64,000 nucleotides of DNA from Chloroflexi bacterium UBA6622 (GCA_002433065.1 DJHK01000001.1:41665-105664); one strand, 5' to 3'; counted from the first letter of the stretch, positions 40,197-50,663 are shown. Notes: generated by a model from the sequence alone, not told the origin. Translations and numbers: made by a program.

Positions 40197-40344
40197 CGAT
40201 TAAATCTTATAGCGGAAAACTTATAAGCACTCGGCTGATTGTAAGCAGCTCAGCCTCCTCAGCACGCTCCTTGCCTCTATAATGCGCGTTCACGCCGCTC
40301 ACGTGAAGAGTCCATGGAGCATCCGCGCAGCGGAGGAGGCACGT
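40197..40344. promoter_or_regulatory. Divergent promoter region between proBA (-) and the EF-G-like gene (+); contains a perfect TATAAT hexamer
   Basis: TATAAT lies at about 40277-40282, but I found no well-spaced -35. The preferred EF-G-like start (MDQYE, 40345) is about 60 nt downstream. Confidence 0.2.
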
Positions 40345-42408
40345 ATGGACCAATACGAGACCAACAATATCCGGAATGTTTCGCTCATCGGCCACAGTGG
40401 GTCGGGCAAAACATCTTTAGCGGAAGCACTGTATTTCCTGACAGGAAAATCATCTCGGCTGGGTCGGGTCGAGGAAAACAATACCGTCGCGGACTATGAC
40501 CCAGATGAGCACGAACGCGGTATGTCCATAAATCTAACCCCTATCGCCTGCGAGTGGGCTGGAAGCAAACTCAACGTCGTCGATACCCCCGGTTATGCAG
40601 ACTTCGTCGGGGAAGTGATTTCCGGGCTCCAAGGGACAGACGCTGCAGCCCTACTGATCGACGCAACTTCCGGAATCGAAGTCGGAACCGAAACAGTTTG
40701 GCGTATTGCTTCAAATTTGAAACGGCCTCTGATATTGATCCTCAGTCGCATGGATCGTGAGAACGTTGACACTACAGCCGTTGTGGACGACCTTCGCGAA
40801 CGCTTTGGCACGAATGTGGTCCCGATTCAAGTCCCAATAGGTGAAGGACCAGATTTTCGCGGGATAGTCGATTTACTAGATGGCAAAGCACGAATATTCA
40901 AAGACGGCCAATCTACCGTGGAAGATGTCCCTGAAGAACTCATCGAGAGTGTAGAAACCGCGAAGGAACAATTGCTCGAAGCAATTGCGTCAACAGATGA
41001 CGCGCTTCTTGAGCTTTACCTTGAAGGTGAAAATATTTCCCGCGAAGCAATGATCACGGCACTTCACGCGGGCGTCAGAGATCGCAGCATATATCCAGTG
41101 GTCTTCTCAGCAGCTACCGAGCTCAAAGGAACGCGTGAGACGTTCGAGGCCCTTATCGCTTTAACACCGTCACCAACCGAGTCATTGAAACTTTTGATGG
41201 ATAGCAACGCCCCTGCAATCGATGGCCCGGTGATAGTCCAAGTCTTTAAGACACTTGCTGACCCGTTTGTCGGCAAGGTGTCAATCTTTCGCCTCATTGC
41301 CGGACAAATAGATGGTGAGGCTCAGCTTGTTAATCAACGAACCGGCGAAACACAACGCCTCACAAATATTCAGTTTGCTGTTGGAAAAGATGGGGAGTCA
41401 GCCGGGACTATGGCAGCGGGAGATATCGCCTTTGTTACCAAACTGGAAGGCGTAGCAACCGGTGACACGCTAACCGATCCAGGTCACACCGTTACAACAC
41501 AAGCCTTCGATCTACCTACACCGCTGTTCGAAGCGTCCATCACACCGGAAACAAGCGCGGATCTCGACAAGATGGGCTCAGTACTTAGTCGTCTGGTTGA
41601 AGAAGACCCTTCCCTACAATCCTACCGGGATGAAGAAACGGCCGAAACAATCCTTGCTGGTCTCGGAGAATCACATGTACAAATCAGCCTAGACCGAGCC
41701 AAACGAAAGTTTAGTGTGGGACTTCACGCTGAAGTTCCTCGTGTCGCCTACCGCGAAACAATTAGGAAAACCGTGAACGCACATGGCCGCCATAAGCGCC
41801 AGTCAGGTGGATCAGGCCAATTTGGTGATGTCCACATCGAATTTTCCCCGCTTCCGCGAGGTTCAGGATTCGAATTTGAAGACCGTGTGGTTGGAGGTCG
41901 TGTTCCCCGTAATTACATCCCCGCCGTCGAAAAAGGTCTTATCGAAGCCATCGATGTGGGCTTGCTCGCTGGCTACCCGATGGTCGACTTCAAAGCCGCG
42001 CTGTTTGATGGTCAGTACCACGCGGTGGATTCATCCGACGAATCATTCCGGCTTGCTGCCCGCCTCGCCTATCGGGAAGGAATTCCCACAGCCAGCCCGG
42101 TGATTCTAGAACCCATCATGAAGTTAAGCATTTTCATACCGGAAGCCAACACTGGCGACGTCATCGGTGATATTAGCTCCAAGCGTGGTCATGTACTCGG
42201 AATGCCACCGTGTGATGACGAAGGCTTTGCCGTCGTCGAAGTAGAAGTCCCAGCTGCCGAGGTGCAACGCTATGCGACAGATCTCCGATCAATAACGCAA
42301 GGACGAGGACGGTTCACACGAGAATTTGTTCGTTACGAAGAGGTTCCCAGCAACATTCAAGAACAGCTCATGGCTAGCGCTGAACAGCAGCGTGAGGCTG
42401 CAGTTTAG
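40345..42408 (+). CDS. Elongation factor G paralogue (EF-G2-like translational GTPase)
   Basis: G1 GHSGSGKTS, G3 DTPGYADF and G4 region, plus EF-G domains II-V (687 aa). Start placed at the internal ATG MDQYETNNIRNV rather than the track's MRVHAAHV extension. Confidence 0.85.
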   Translation: MDQYETNNIRNVSLIGHSGSGKTSLAEALYFLTGKSSRLGRVEENNTVADYDPDEHERGMSINLTPIACEWAGSKLNVVDTPGYADFVGEVISGLQGTDAAALLIDATSGIEVGTETVWRIASNLKRPLILILSRMDRENVDTTAVVDDLRERFGTNVVPIQVPIGEGPDFRGIVDLLDGKARIFKDGQSTVEDVPEELIESVETAKEQLLEAIASTDDALLELYLEGENISREAMITALHAGVRDRSIYPVVFSAATELKGTRETFEALIALTPSPTESLKLLMDSNAPAIDGPVIVQVFKTLADPFVGKVSIFRLIAGQIDGEAQLVNQRTGETQRLTNIQFAVGKDGESAGTMAAGDIAFVTKLEGVATGDTLTDPGHTVTTQAFDLPTPLFEASITPETSADLDKMGSVLSRLVEEDPSLQSYRDEETAETILAGLGESHVQISLDRAKRKFSVGLHAEVPRVAYRETIRKTVNAHGRHKRQSGGSGQFGDVHIEFSPLPRGSGFEFEDRVVGGRVPRNYIPAVEKGLIEAIDVGLLAGYPMVDFKAALFDGQYHAVDSSDESFRLAARLAYREGIPTASPVILEPIMKLSIFIPEANTGDVIGDISSKRGHVLGMPPCDDEGFAVVEVEVPAAEVQRYATDLRSITQGRGRFTREFVRYEEVPSNIQEQLMASAEQQREAAV

Positions 42409-42430
42409 GACGCAAAGAAAGGACTCATCT

Positions 42431-43489
42431 ATGGAAAAACTACAACGCGACTTCCTCGAGTCACTCATCTCAGCACCTAGCCCCGCTGGGTATGAACAGC
42501 CTGTTCGTCAGGTCTACCACGCCTATACAGAGTCCTTTGCGGATGATGTCCGCTCAGACGTCCATGGAAATATGATCGCCGTTCGTAATACCGATGGTAA
42601 TCCTCGGCTTATGTTTGCCGGGCACTGCGATGAGCTTGGCTTCCAAGTGAACTACATCAACGACCAGGGCTTTATCTACTTCAACACGATAGGCGGACAC
42701 GACGCAGGCCTAGTGCCCGGCCGTCGAGTGGTCATTCACAGCAAAAATGGACCGGTGGTTGGAGTAACAGGACGTAAGGCCATACACCTCACCCCCCCTA
42801 GTGACCGGGGAAAACCAGCAAAGATTGAAAACATTTGGATTGATATCGCTGTCAGTGACAAACAAGAAGCCGAAGCCCTAGTAAACATCGGAGATCCCAT
42901 CACGTATGACGTAGGTCTTCAGGATCTACGTTCTGATGTGGTAGCCGGGCGTGCTCTCGACAACAAAATAGGAACGTGGGTTGTCGCTGAAGGTCTGCGT
43001 CGAGCATCTACCCAACAGCTACAAGCATCTATACATGCAGTAGCAACAGTTCAGGAAGAAATCGGCCTGCGAGGCGCCGAGACCAGTGCTTACGGTATTA
43101 ATCCAGCCGTAGCCATTGCTGTAGACGTCACTCATGCCACGGACCATCCCAACATCACGAAACAAACAGCAGGCGACGTAAAACTCGGTGGTGGGCCCAC
43201 CATCTCCCGAGGACCCAACTTCAATCCAAGAGTAGTCGAGAAGCTTATCGAGGCAGCAGAAGCCTTGAACATCCCCTATCAACTCGAGGCTGCCTCACGT
43301 GGCACTGGAACCGATGCGAATGCAATTCAATTATCCAGAGCTGGTGTGGCTACAGGCTTAGTCAGTGTTCCCCTGCGTTATATGCACACACCTTCGGAAG
43401 TTGTGGCATTGGACGATGCAGACGCCGCAGCCACGCTGCTCGCCGAGTTTGCCAATCGGCTAGCACCTGAAGACGACTTCACCCCCTAG
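42431..43489 (+). CDS. M42-family aminopeptidase (FrvX/YsdC-like)
   Basis: M42 metal ligands, including the HCDE context (AGHCDELGF). Start at internal ATG MEKLQRDF, preceded by AAAGGA. The track start would overlap the EF-G-like gene. Confidence 0.8.
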   Translation: MEKLQRDFLESLISAPSPAGYEQPVRQVYHAYTESFADDVRSDVHGNMIAVRNTDGNPRLMFAGHCDELGFQVNYINDQGFIYFNTIGGHDAGLVPGRRVVIHSKNGPVVGVTGRKAIHLTPPSDRGKPAKIENIWIDIAVSDKQEAEALVNIGDPITYDVGLQDLRSDVVAGRALDNKIGTWVVAEGLRRASTQQLQASIHAVATVQEEIGLRGAETSAYGINPAVAIAVDVTHATDHPNITKQTAGDVKLGGGPTISRGPNFNPRVVEKLIEAAEALNIPYQLEAASRGTGTDANAIQLSRAGVATGLVSVPLRYMHTPSEVVALDDADAAATLLAEFANRLAPEDDFTP

Positions 43490-45105
43490 GACACTAGGGA
43501 GACACCGACCGCATAACCGTCTCGCCGGGGATCAGCCCCCCCCTGCATTCCACCGGTATACGGATCATAAGTAACGCCTTGCATACCACCCACCATCATC
43601 GTCCATGGATCCGTCGCCAGCGCCCGATGACCACGGTTACATAGTTCCTGTATGACCGATGGCGCCACACGGGATTCCACGTGCACCGTGGTGCCATCCA
43701 TGACCCGAAGCCGAGGCGCCTCAATAGCTCGTTGAATATCGAGCCCAAAATCCACGTGCTGAAGTAGTGCTTGAGTTTGCGTCTGACAAATCCCATAACT
43801 ACCCGGTGTACCAAGCGCCAGTGTCGGGATTCCATTTCGCATCGACACCGTTGGTGCAATAGGAAGCGACAACGGGGCTCCAGGAGCCAGATGATTGGGA
43901 CTTTGAGGATCCAGGTCTCCCCAATAAAGAAAATTGTTCGTCGTCACACCGTATCCACGAACTACAATGCCCGACCCAAACGCACCACCTAGACTCTGGG
44001 TCAGGCAGATCATATTTCCACTCGCATCCACGATCGAGAATGAAGTGGTGTGCTCGCGCCGAGGATCTGGCATTCCAGCAATCGACGGAGAGGAGTCATA
44101 TTTCTCAGTAGGACTATTGACCGACGAACTGTCGTCCCACAAATCTCCTAAGCCATCAAGGGACTCTTCCTTGAGGACATCTTCGATAATCTGGTGTGGA
44201 GCATTGGCCAAACGCAGACGTTGTACAGCGGAAATTCGAGTTGCACGAATAACAGCATCCAGATGGTCAGCGCCGTTAGGATCAAACCCAGCCACATCCC
44301 TGTTTTCGAGAAGACCTACCGCCAGCAACATTTGAAAACCCTCAGCAGGCGGTGGAACAGTATAGATTTCCAAACCTCGGTAATTTGTGGAAATAGGCTC
44401 GACCCATCGGGCTTCGACTGATGCCAGATCATCTAAAGAAAGTGCGCCACCCAGATCCTGAATCTCCTTAACAAGCGCAGCGCCAAGAACCCCTTCATAC
44501 AGATACTTGGCTCCGTCCCGACTAATTGCCTCATATGTCCGCGCCAGATCAGGTTGTCGCAAAACCCACCCGGGTCCAGGAACCTCACCAGCATCTAAAA
44601 ATATCTCCGACCAGCCAACAAAATCCTGAACAGTCTCCGACTGAGCCTTGCTGCTAATCATCGCGGCATTGCGTTCGGTCGTTGGGAATCCGTTACGAGC
44701 CAAATCAATGGCGTCAGCAAAAACCTTGTCTCGAGGCCAAGAACCGTAGGTGTCAAGCAGTGTCAACCAGCCGGCAAGATTTCCAGGTGGTCCAACACTG
44801 TGAGCACCGGCGACCAGATCCGTGTCACATCGAACACCAGGATCGAATCGAGCGGGAACCGCAGGAATAAAATCCAAGGTTCGGACACGTTGTTCCTTCG
44901 ACACATAAAGCGTAGCAACACCCATGCCAGCCAATCCGGACATATATGGTTCGACAACATCAAGAGCAGCAGCCGTGGCCACAGCTGCATCGAAAGCATT
45001 TCCGCCCTGACCCAGCACACGAGCTCCTGCCGCCGCAGCAAGAGGGTGAGCCGCAGCAACCATCCCCTGTCCAGACGTCACTGATGGTCTATTTACAAAC
45101 ACCAA
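43486..45105 (-). CDS. ggt: Gamma-glutamyltranspeptidase
   Basis: Ntn-hydrolase GGT with the autoprocessing/catalytic Thr in HTTSFSIVD and about 540 aa. Its stop overlaps the M42 peptidase stop convergently. Confidence 0.9.
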   Translation of the reverse strand: MVFVNRPSVTSGQGMVAAAHPLAAAAGARVLGQGGNAFDAAVATAAALDVVEPYMSGLAGMGVATLYVSKEQRVRTLDFIPAVPARFDPGVRCDTDLVAGAHSVGPPGNLAGWLTLLDTYGSWPRDKVFADAIDLARNGFPTTERNAAMISSKAQSETVQDFVGWSEIFLDAGEVPGPGWVLRQPDLARTYEAISRDGAKYLYEGVLGAALVKEIQDLGGALSLDDLASVEARWVEPISTNYRGLEIYTVPPPAEGFQMLLAVGLLENRDVAGFDPNGADHLDAVIRATRISAVQRLRLANAPHQIIEDVLKEESLDGLGDLWDDSSSVNSPTEKYDSSPSIAGMPDPRREHTTSFSIVDASGNMICLTQSLGGAFGSGIVVRGYGVTTNNFLYWGDLDPQSPNHLAPGAPLSLPIAPTVSMRNGIPTLALGTPGSYGICQTQTQALLQHVDFGLDIQRAIEAPRLRVMDGTTVHVESRVAPSVIQELCNRGHRALATDPWTMMVGGMQGVTYDPYTGGMQGGADPRRDGYAVGVSLVS

Positions 45106-45227
45106 TTACCTATTTCCGGCACAAAAACCAAGCCCGACAATAATGCGCGTCTTAGGAACCAATGTCACCCCGTCCACAACAATATCCGGTTCGCACTGCA
45201 ACGTGCTTTGGCTTCAACAACAAGGTC

Positions 45228-45878
45228 CTAGTAAGCATCCGCGATGCTCTGCAAACCTTTCACGTCCAGCACCTGGATCCGCTTGCGGCCAGTATCAATA
45301 AAGCCCTCCGCCTTTAATTCATTCAGTATTTGAGTCGCTGTCTCGCGCGACGTGCCAACACGCTCAGCTAGATCTTTGTGAGTCAGCCCAACAATTAACA
45401 GGTTCTGTTCTCGCCCTAGATCCAATATGAGACTAGCTAACCGCGACGAAAGCGATTTAAGCGCAAGAGTTTCCAGGTGGGATTCTGCCTCATTCAGCCG
45501 ATGGGCAAGCGCCTCCATTATCCGAAGCCCCACAAGAGGATATTTGGCGACCATCTGCTCTACGCTAGATCTACTCATCCTGCTTAGGATCGACTGTTCC
45601 ACTGCCACCGCATACGCCGTGTTTACTGAGCGTCCGACAATCGCCATTTCCCCGAAAAAAGTTCCGTCGGAAACCGTGGCTAGCACATATCTTTTTCCAT
45701 CTTGGGTTGTCTGATAAATCTCGACTTCTCCAGCCCTGAGAAACAACAGTTCGTTAGCGACCTCGTGGGATCGATAAATTATCGTTCCAGACTCGATGGT
45801 CGACGTGGACATCTGATTGAGAATGTCATTTGTTTCAGAATCCGAAAGATCACAAAAAACGTTGATTGGCTTCATCAT
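45228..45878 (-). CDS. Crp/Fnr-family transcriptional regulator
   Basis: cNMP-binding beta-roll (FGEMAIVGR) and a C-terminal HTH (LTHKDLAERVGTSRETATQILNEL). Start placed at internal MMKPINVF. Confidence 0.75.
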   Translation of the reverse strand: MMKPINVFCDLSDSETNDILNQMSTSTIESGTIIYRSHEVANELLFLRAGEVEIYQTTQDGKRYVLATVSDGTFFGEMAIVGRSVNTAYAVAVEQSILSRMSRSSVEQMVAKYPLVGLRIMEALAHRLNEAESHLETLALKSLSSRLASLILDLGREQNLLIVGLTHKDLAERVGTSRETATQILNELKAEGFIDTGRKRIQVLDVKGLQSIADAY

Positions 45879-46097
45879 GTTCCGATCCTTGATACCACCA
45901 GAAATCGAGACACTGGTTCGCGTAAAGCCCCCTCGGTTTTTCATCGTTCGGTTGCTTTGCAGCATCGATGTTCTGTTCGTTAAAACAAGTCTTCTACAGA
46001 AAATACAGCCCTGAGCCGATAGGTCCTGGCTAATTTGAATTCGGATGTCACACCTTAGACGTCAATACTATTAATCTCAACGTGATGAACAGAATGC

Positions 46098-47096
46098 TCA
46101 AGACGCAAAGGGTAAAAGATCGGATTCCCTTACCGGCTGCATGCTACGCACAAACTCCTCATCTCCACGCATAGCAGCCACTAGATCTTCCGTTTCCTCA
46201 AAACTCTCCTGCCTGCGAATACGCTTTTGGAGAAATACCCTCAGACGCCTGCCGTAAATGTCCTTGTCGAAATCGAGAAGATTGACTTCAAAAATTCGAT
46301 CGCCGGATCCAAACGTCGGTCGTATTCCTACGCTTACCAACGCTCGATATACCAGCCTGTCGCCTTGAACAACCGCGGAAGCCGCATAAACACCATCAAG
46401 TGGCAGAACCATCCATTCGGGGAGTTCAAGATTCGCAGTCGGAAATCCAAGACACCTACCACGAGCATCACCATGTACAACAGGACCTTCAAGACTATGA
46501 GGGCGTCCAAGAATGTCTGTGACTGAGACAATATCTCCGTTTTCCAACGCCTGGCGAGCACGACTACTGGAAATATCTCCAGCTATACCCCTTGGCGGCA
46601 CTGTCACATGGTCAAAACCAACACGCTCCGCTATTCGTGTGAGGGCTGACGTTGTGCCCGACCGGTTACGACCAATCGCAGCATTGGGGCCAGTCACAAA
46701 CTTTCGCATCAAGAATCTTTTCTTGAGAAAACGGATAAATTCTTCGGGATCCTGCTCAGATAGTTCCTTGTCAAACGGCAAAACCACAACCTCACTCACG
46801 CCTAGCTCACTCAAGAGGTTTAGACGATCCTCCAAAGTGGTTAATAGGGCTCTGGATTCTGCAGGCCTGAGAACCCATTCTGGCGGAGGCCAGAGCACTA
46901 CAACAATTGAGCGTTCTATGTGATCAACAGCCGCGGCTCGAATCACAGCTCGAACCAGGCCGACGTGACCCAGATGCACCCCATCAAACCGACCAATCGT
47001 CAGCACAGACTCACCCAACGGTCTGAACTCTTCAACGTCTCGTGTAATACGAACATCGCCTTCGCGGTTGTAGTCACTCATTCGGAAGATTGCCAA
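46098..47096 (-). CDS. ribF: Bifunctional riboflavin kinase / FAD synthetase
   Basis: FAD synthetase N-domain (IGRFDGVHLGH) and a C-terminal riboflavin kinase domain. It is downstream of truB with a 19-bp overlap. Confidence 0.85.
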   Translation of the reverse strand: MAIFRMSDYNREGDVRITRDVEEFRPLGESVLTIGRFDGVHLGHVGLVRAVIRAAAVDHIERSIVVVLWPPPEWVLRPAESRALLTTLEDRLNLLSELGVSEVVVLPFDKELSEQDPEEFIRFLKKRFLMRKFVTGPNAAIGRNRSGTTSALTRIAERVGFDHVTVPPRGIAGDISSSRARQALENGDIVSVTDILGRPHSLEGPVVHGDARGRCLGFPTANLELPEWMVLPLDGVYAASAVVQGDRLVYRALVSVGIRPTFGSGDRIFEVNLLDFDKDIYGRRLRVFLQKRIRRQESFEETEDLVAAMRGDEEFVRSMQPVRESDLLPFAS

Positions 47097-48061
47097 ACCA
47101 ACTCGGGTTTCCAGTCGCCATTTTCTCCCGACGCCAACGCCAGAAATTGACCATCCGAATCATATAAACGATGTATCCCAGTCAACGAACGTTGCCTCTG
47201 CATACACCTTCTCCCGTTCTGGAGATGGGTTCCGACTTCAGTGCCAACCATAGTGGCCGGCAAATGTTCAACAGCGACATCGGGAGGATAGAGAAGAGTT
47301 TCGAGATAATTCTCACGTGCAGCAATATCCAATTGCCATATTTCGGTTGCGTTACTTAGCGTGAATGGACCGACACCGGTGCGTACCAAGCCAAACAGCG
47401 TTGCTCCGCAGCCCAGGCGCAATCCTATATCTCTAACAAGCGCTCGAACGTACGTACCCGAGGAGCACTTGATTTTCAAACCAACAAGCAAGGCATCGAT
47501 TGAATCAAAGCTGTTCCCAATCTGCAATTTCTCACCAGTTACAGAGATCGGTACTCGCGCAGCCGCTGTTAATTTAAGTTGATCCACCCTGACCCACCGT
47601 GAACGTAACGCTACTTGACCACCCTTGCGGGCCACACGATACGCGCGAACACCACCAACTTGAATAGCGGAATAATCAGGCGGAACCTGTTCGATGTTCC
47701 CTGTGAAAAGAGGCAAAACATCGACCACCGATTGCACATCCGGAGCCAATTCAACCATCGATACTGGGTTGGTTTCAAGATCATCAGATGCCGTGCTTAC
47801 ACCACAAAGCATGACCGCCTCATACGTTTTATCCATACCTAATACATGACGACTTAAACGTGTTGCCCGACCTAAAGCAATCGGAAGCACTCCCCACGCA
47901 AGGGGATCCAGCGTTCCACAGTGCCCTACACGACGAAAGTTCGTAGACCGTCGAACCTTTCCAACCGCCTGTGTCGACCGCATACCGATCGGCTTAAAAA
48001 TATTCGCGAATCCGCCTTTATCTGGCGACCTGAAATCACCCTTGCCAATCATCAACATCAA
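47078..48061 (-). CDS. truB: tRNA pseudouridine(55) synthase
   Basis: Catalytic Asp motif VGHCGTLDP and a C-terminal PUA domain. Confidence 0.85.
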   Translation of the reverse strand: MMLMIGKGDFRSPDKGGFANIFKPIGMRSTQAVGKVRRSTNFRRVGHCGTLDPLAWGVLPIALGRATRLSRHVLGMDKTYEAVMLCGVSTASDDLETNPVSMVELAPDVQSVVDVLPLFTGNIEQVPPDYSAIQVGGVRAYRVARKGGQVALRSRWVRVDQLKLTAAARVPISVTGEKLQIGNSFDSIDALLVGLKIKCSSGTYVRALVRDIGLRLGCGATLFGLVRTGVGPFTLSNATEIWQLDIAARENYLETLLYPPDVAVEHLPATMVGTEVGTHLQNGRRCMQRQRSLTGIHRLYDSDGQFLALASGENGDWKPELVWQSSE

Positions 48062-48425
48062 TAGAATTGTCTTCAGTGTTTTCGGTGACCCTGCTGCCTA
48101 AAGCTCTTTGTGCAATCGACTCCTCAGTCACCATATCGGGATCAAGCTGGAATCGAATCTCTGGAATGCGATACATCCGGATTCGCTGACTGAGCTCTCG
48201 CCGAACGAACGCTGCTGCCCTCTGCAGACTCTGAAGCGTGACTTGAGCCTGCTCGGCCTGCCCCAAAGGGGCAACAAACACTATAGCCCGAGAAAGATCT
48301 GGTGTGATCGCAACACGTTGAACAGTTACAAACCCAATCGAAGGATCAGTGAGACGTCTTTCAAGTACATCACTAATTTCTCGAGCGATTTGTGCTTCTA
48401 TACGTTGCGCGCGGCGCGCAGCAAT
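48036..48425 (-). CDS. rbfA: Ribosome-binding factor A; proposed non-canonical ATT start
   Basis: The track ORF (48036-48281) starts at GTG and covers only the C-terminal two thirds of RbfA. The 53 stop-free in-frame codons upstream, up to the infB stop, translate to RRAQRIEAQIAREISDVLERRLTDPSIGFVTVQRVAITPDLSRAI, which aligns with the RbfA N-terminus. That stretch has no ATG/GTG/TTG. GGAGG at 48432-48436 lies 7 nt before ATT at 48423-48425. Confidence 0.7.
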   Translation of the reverse strand: MAARRAQRIEAQIAREISDVLERRLTDPSIGFVTVQRVAITPDLSRAIVFVAPLGQAEQAQVTLQSLQRAAAFVRRELSQRIRMYRIPEIRFQLDPDMVTEESIAQRALGSRVTENTEDNSIDVDDWQG

Positions 48426-48440
48426 AACTTGGCCTCCAGA

Positions 48441-50372
48441 TTAGGGGAGCCGCTCTTCAGTGTGATGGGCTTCAATAATATCCGCGAGCTGAATATTGAC
48501 AGTTGTCGTAATAGCGAGACCACAATCAAAACCTTCCCTAACCTCCTCTGTCTCATCAGCAAACCTTCTCAACGTAGTGATCTTTCCTGTTCCAACTTCC
48601 TCGTCAGCACGAAGAATACGTACATCCGCGCCGGTATACATACGACCCGACAAAACCATTCCACCAACAATCTGCCGATTACGCTCACTCCTAAATTCAC
48701 CCCTGATTTCAAGACGGCCATCAACAACATCGACTTCTTCCGGCTTGATCGATCCCTTCAAGGACGCGTCCACATCGTCGATCAGCTCGTAGATCGTCCG
48801 GTAAGAACGGATTTGAACATTCTGACGATCTGCCTCTGCTTCCGCAGACACATCCGCTCGAACATTAAATCCCAGAACCAAGCCCTTTGCGGCCGATGCC
48901 AAATTTATATCTGATTCATTTACCGGTCCGACACCTTCATAAACAATCATGGCACGGGCCCGGTCATCCCCAAGTTGATTAATCGAACTGACGACCGCAT
49001 CCACAGATCCAGCCGTATCAGCTTTCACAACAAGATTAATCTGCTGTAATCGACCAGCAGTCATTTGGGCCGCGAGAGACTCAAGACTAAGCCGCATAGC
49101 TTGATCACCGCTTCCCTTAGTCACTAGCTCCTTCCGACGTCGCTTCTTACGATCAGCTTTGACAGCCTTTAAGGAATCACCAACATTTGGCATCGATTCA
49201 AGCCCAACAACCGCTACAGGTGTAGCCGGACCGGCCGACTTTATTCGGCCACCGGTATCATCAAATAAAGCTCGAACCCGGCCGGAAATTGCGCCGGTGG
49301 ATACTGAATCACCAACTTTAAGCGTGCCTCGCTGCGGCAAAACTGTCGCAACTGCTCCCTGGCTACGATCAAGTCGGGTTTCGATAATGATGCCTTCTGA
49401 CGGTCCATCGACAGGCGCTCTCAAATCTTCTAGTTCAGCTGTCAGCTGAACATATTCAAGTAAATCCTCAATACCTTCCCCTTGAAGGGCTGATAGCGGA
49501 ACCGCAACAACATCACCACCAAATTTTTCAACAACAATCTCGTGTTCCGTGAGCTGCTGTAGCACTCGATCTGGATTTGAACCTTCCAAATCAATTTTAT
49601 TTACAGCCACAATAATGGGAACCCCAGCAGCTTTAGCATGGCCTATTGCCTCTACCGTCTGTGGCATTACCCCGTCGTCAGCCGCAACAACAATAATTGC
49701 AACGTCTGTAACTTGGGCTCCGCGAGCTCGCATGGCGGTGAAAGCTTCGTGGCCGGGTGTATCAATGAATGTAATTGGCTGTCCTTTCACAGCCACTTGA
49801 TACGCACCAATGTGTTGAGTGATCCCTCCAAACTCGCTATCAACCACATTGGTCTTTCGAATAGCATCGAGCAGTGTCGTCTTGCCATGGTCTACGTGAC
49901 CCATTACGGTCACAACTGGTGGCCGAAGTTCACCAGTCTTTAATTCCGCTGGTTCGTCCGTAGAGTCAGGATCCGCATCAGAGACATCCAATGACTCTTC
50001 TTGTTGAGGATCAACGGAACCAACCGACTTTTCATCCGTAACATCTTTTAATTCAAGAACTTCGACGCCTAGATTCGCCATCACCGCACGAGCTGTATCC
50101 CTATCTATCGCCGCATTGATCGTCGTCAGAACACCCCGATTTAAAAGTTCCATGATGATGTCCGTAGGAGGAACACCAGACCGTTCAGCAATCTCCCCAA
50201 TCGAGGCAGTGTCTGGAATAGCGACAGGTCGAAGCTCAAGTGCCTCGGGTTCAATTACCTGACTTTCCACTTCTTCCGAAACATCAGCCTTCGGTTTAAC
50301 ACGCTTTGACTGCGCGGATCTCTCCGGAGGACGACGACGAGGTCGACGACGCCTTGCCATCCTAGACGTCAC
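48441..50372 (-). CDS. infB: Translation initiation factor IF-2
   Basis: G-domain [20 protein letters not shown] and NKIDL, plus the C-terminal IF2 domains. It is a short-type IF2 of 643 aa. Confidence 0.95.
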   Translation of the reverse strand: MTSRMARRRRPRRRPPERSAQSKRVKPKADVSEEVESQVIEPEALELRPVAIPDTASIGEIAERSGVPPTDIIMELLNRGVLTTINAAIDRDTARAVMANLGVEVLELKDVTDEKSVGSVDPQQEESLDVSDADPDSTDEPAELKTGELRPPVVTVMGHVDHGKTTLLDAIRKTNVVDSEFGGITQHIGAYQVAVKGQPITFIDTPGHEAFTAMRARGAQVTDVAIIVVAADDGVMPQTVEAIGHAKAAGVPIIVAVNKIDLEGSNPDRVLQQLTEHEIVVEKFGGDVVAVPLSALQGEGIEDLLEYVQLTAELEDLRAPVDGPSEGIIIETRLDRSQGAVATVLPQRGTLKVGDSVSTGAISGRVRALFDDTGGRIKSAGPATPVAVVGLESMPNVGDSLKAVKADRKKRRRKELVTKGSGDQAMRLSLESLAAQMTAGRLQQINLVVKADTAGSVDAVVSSINQLGDDRARAMIVYEGVGPVNESDINLASAAKGLVLGFNVRADVSAEAEADRQNVQIRSYRTIYELIDDVDASLKGSIKPEEVDVVDGRLEIRGEFRSERNRQIVGGMVLSGRMYTGADVRILRADEEVGTGKITTLRRFADETEEVREGFDCGLAITTTVNIQLADIIEAHHTEERLP

Positions 50373-50643
50373 CGTCTTCTGTTACTCGACGCCGTCTAAC
50401 TTCGGACATTACCTGCCTAATCAAGTCTTTAGCCATTTCGTCATCAATCGGAGATTGAAGATGTTTATCAAGGATGCCTTGTGCAAGCGCCATTCGCACA
50501 CTTGTGTCATCAAGGGTGATGTAAGCACCGCGCCCGTCAAGTCGACCTGAAGGGTCACATTGAACGTCTCCACTAGGAGTCCGAACAATCCGGATCAGTT
50601 CACGTTTTGTACGTTTGGCACGTGTAACTACACATGTACGCAT
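50362..50643 (-). CDS. ylxR: YlxR-family (DUF448) RNA-binding protein
   Basis: 93 aa with RTCVVTR...GRGAYI motifs. It occupies the conserved position between nusA and infB. Confidence 0.75.
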   Translation of the reverse strand: MRTCVVTRAKRTKRELIRIVRTPSGDVQCDPSGRLDGRGAYITLDDTSVRMALAQGILDKHLQSPIDDEMAKDLIRQVMSEVRRRRVTEDGDV

Positions 50644-50663
50644 TGGCTCGTGTTGGGCGATGA

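Noticed and set aside
40282-40344. N-terminal extension (MRVHAAHVKSPWSIRAAEEAR) of the EF-G-like ORF
   Set aside because: EF-G family proteins begin a few residues before the G1 P-loop. The internal ATG (MDQYETNNIRNVSLIGHSGSGKT) gives the normal spacing. The extension would also swallow the TATAAT-containing divergent promoter region.
48108-48914. 268-aa plus-strand ORF overlapping rbfA and the infB 3' end
   Set aside because: It is antisense to two strongly conserved genes (RbfA and the IF2 C-terminus). The product is low-complexity and Ser/Arg/Leu-rich, typical of a spurious shadow ORF in GC-rich DNA.
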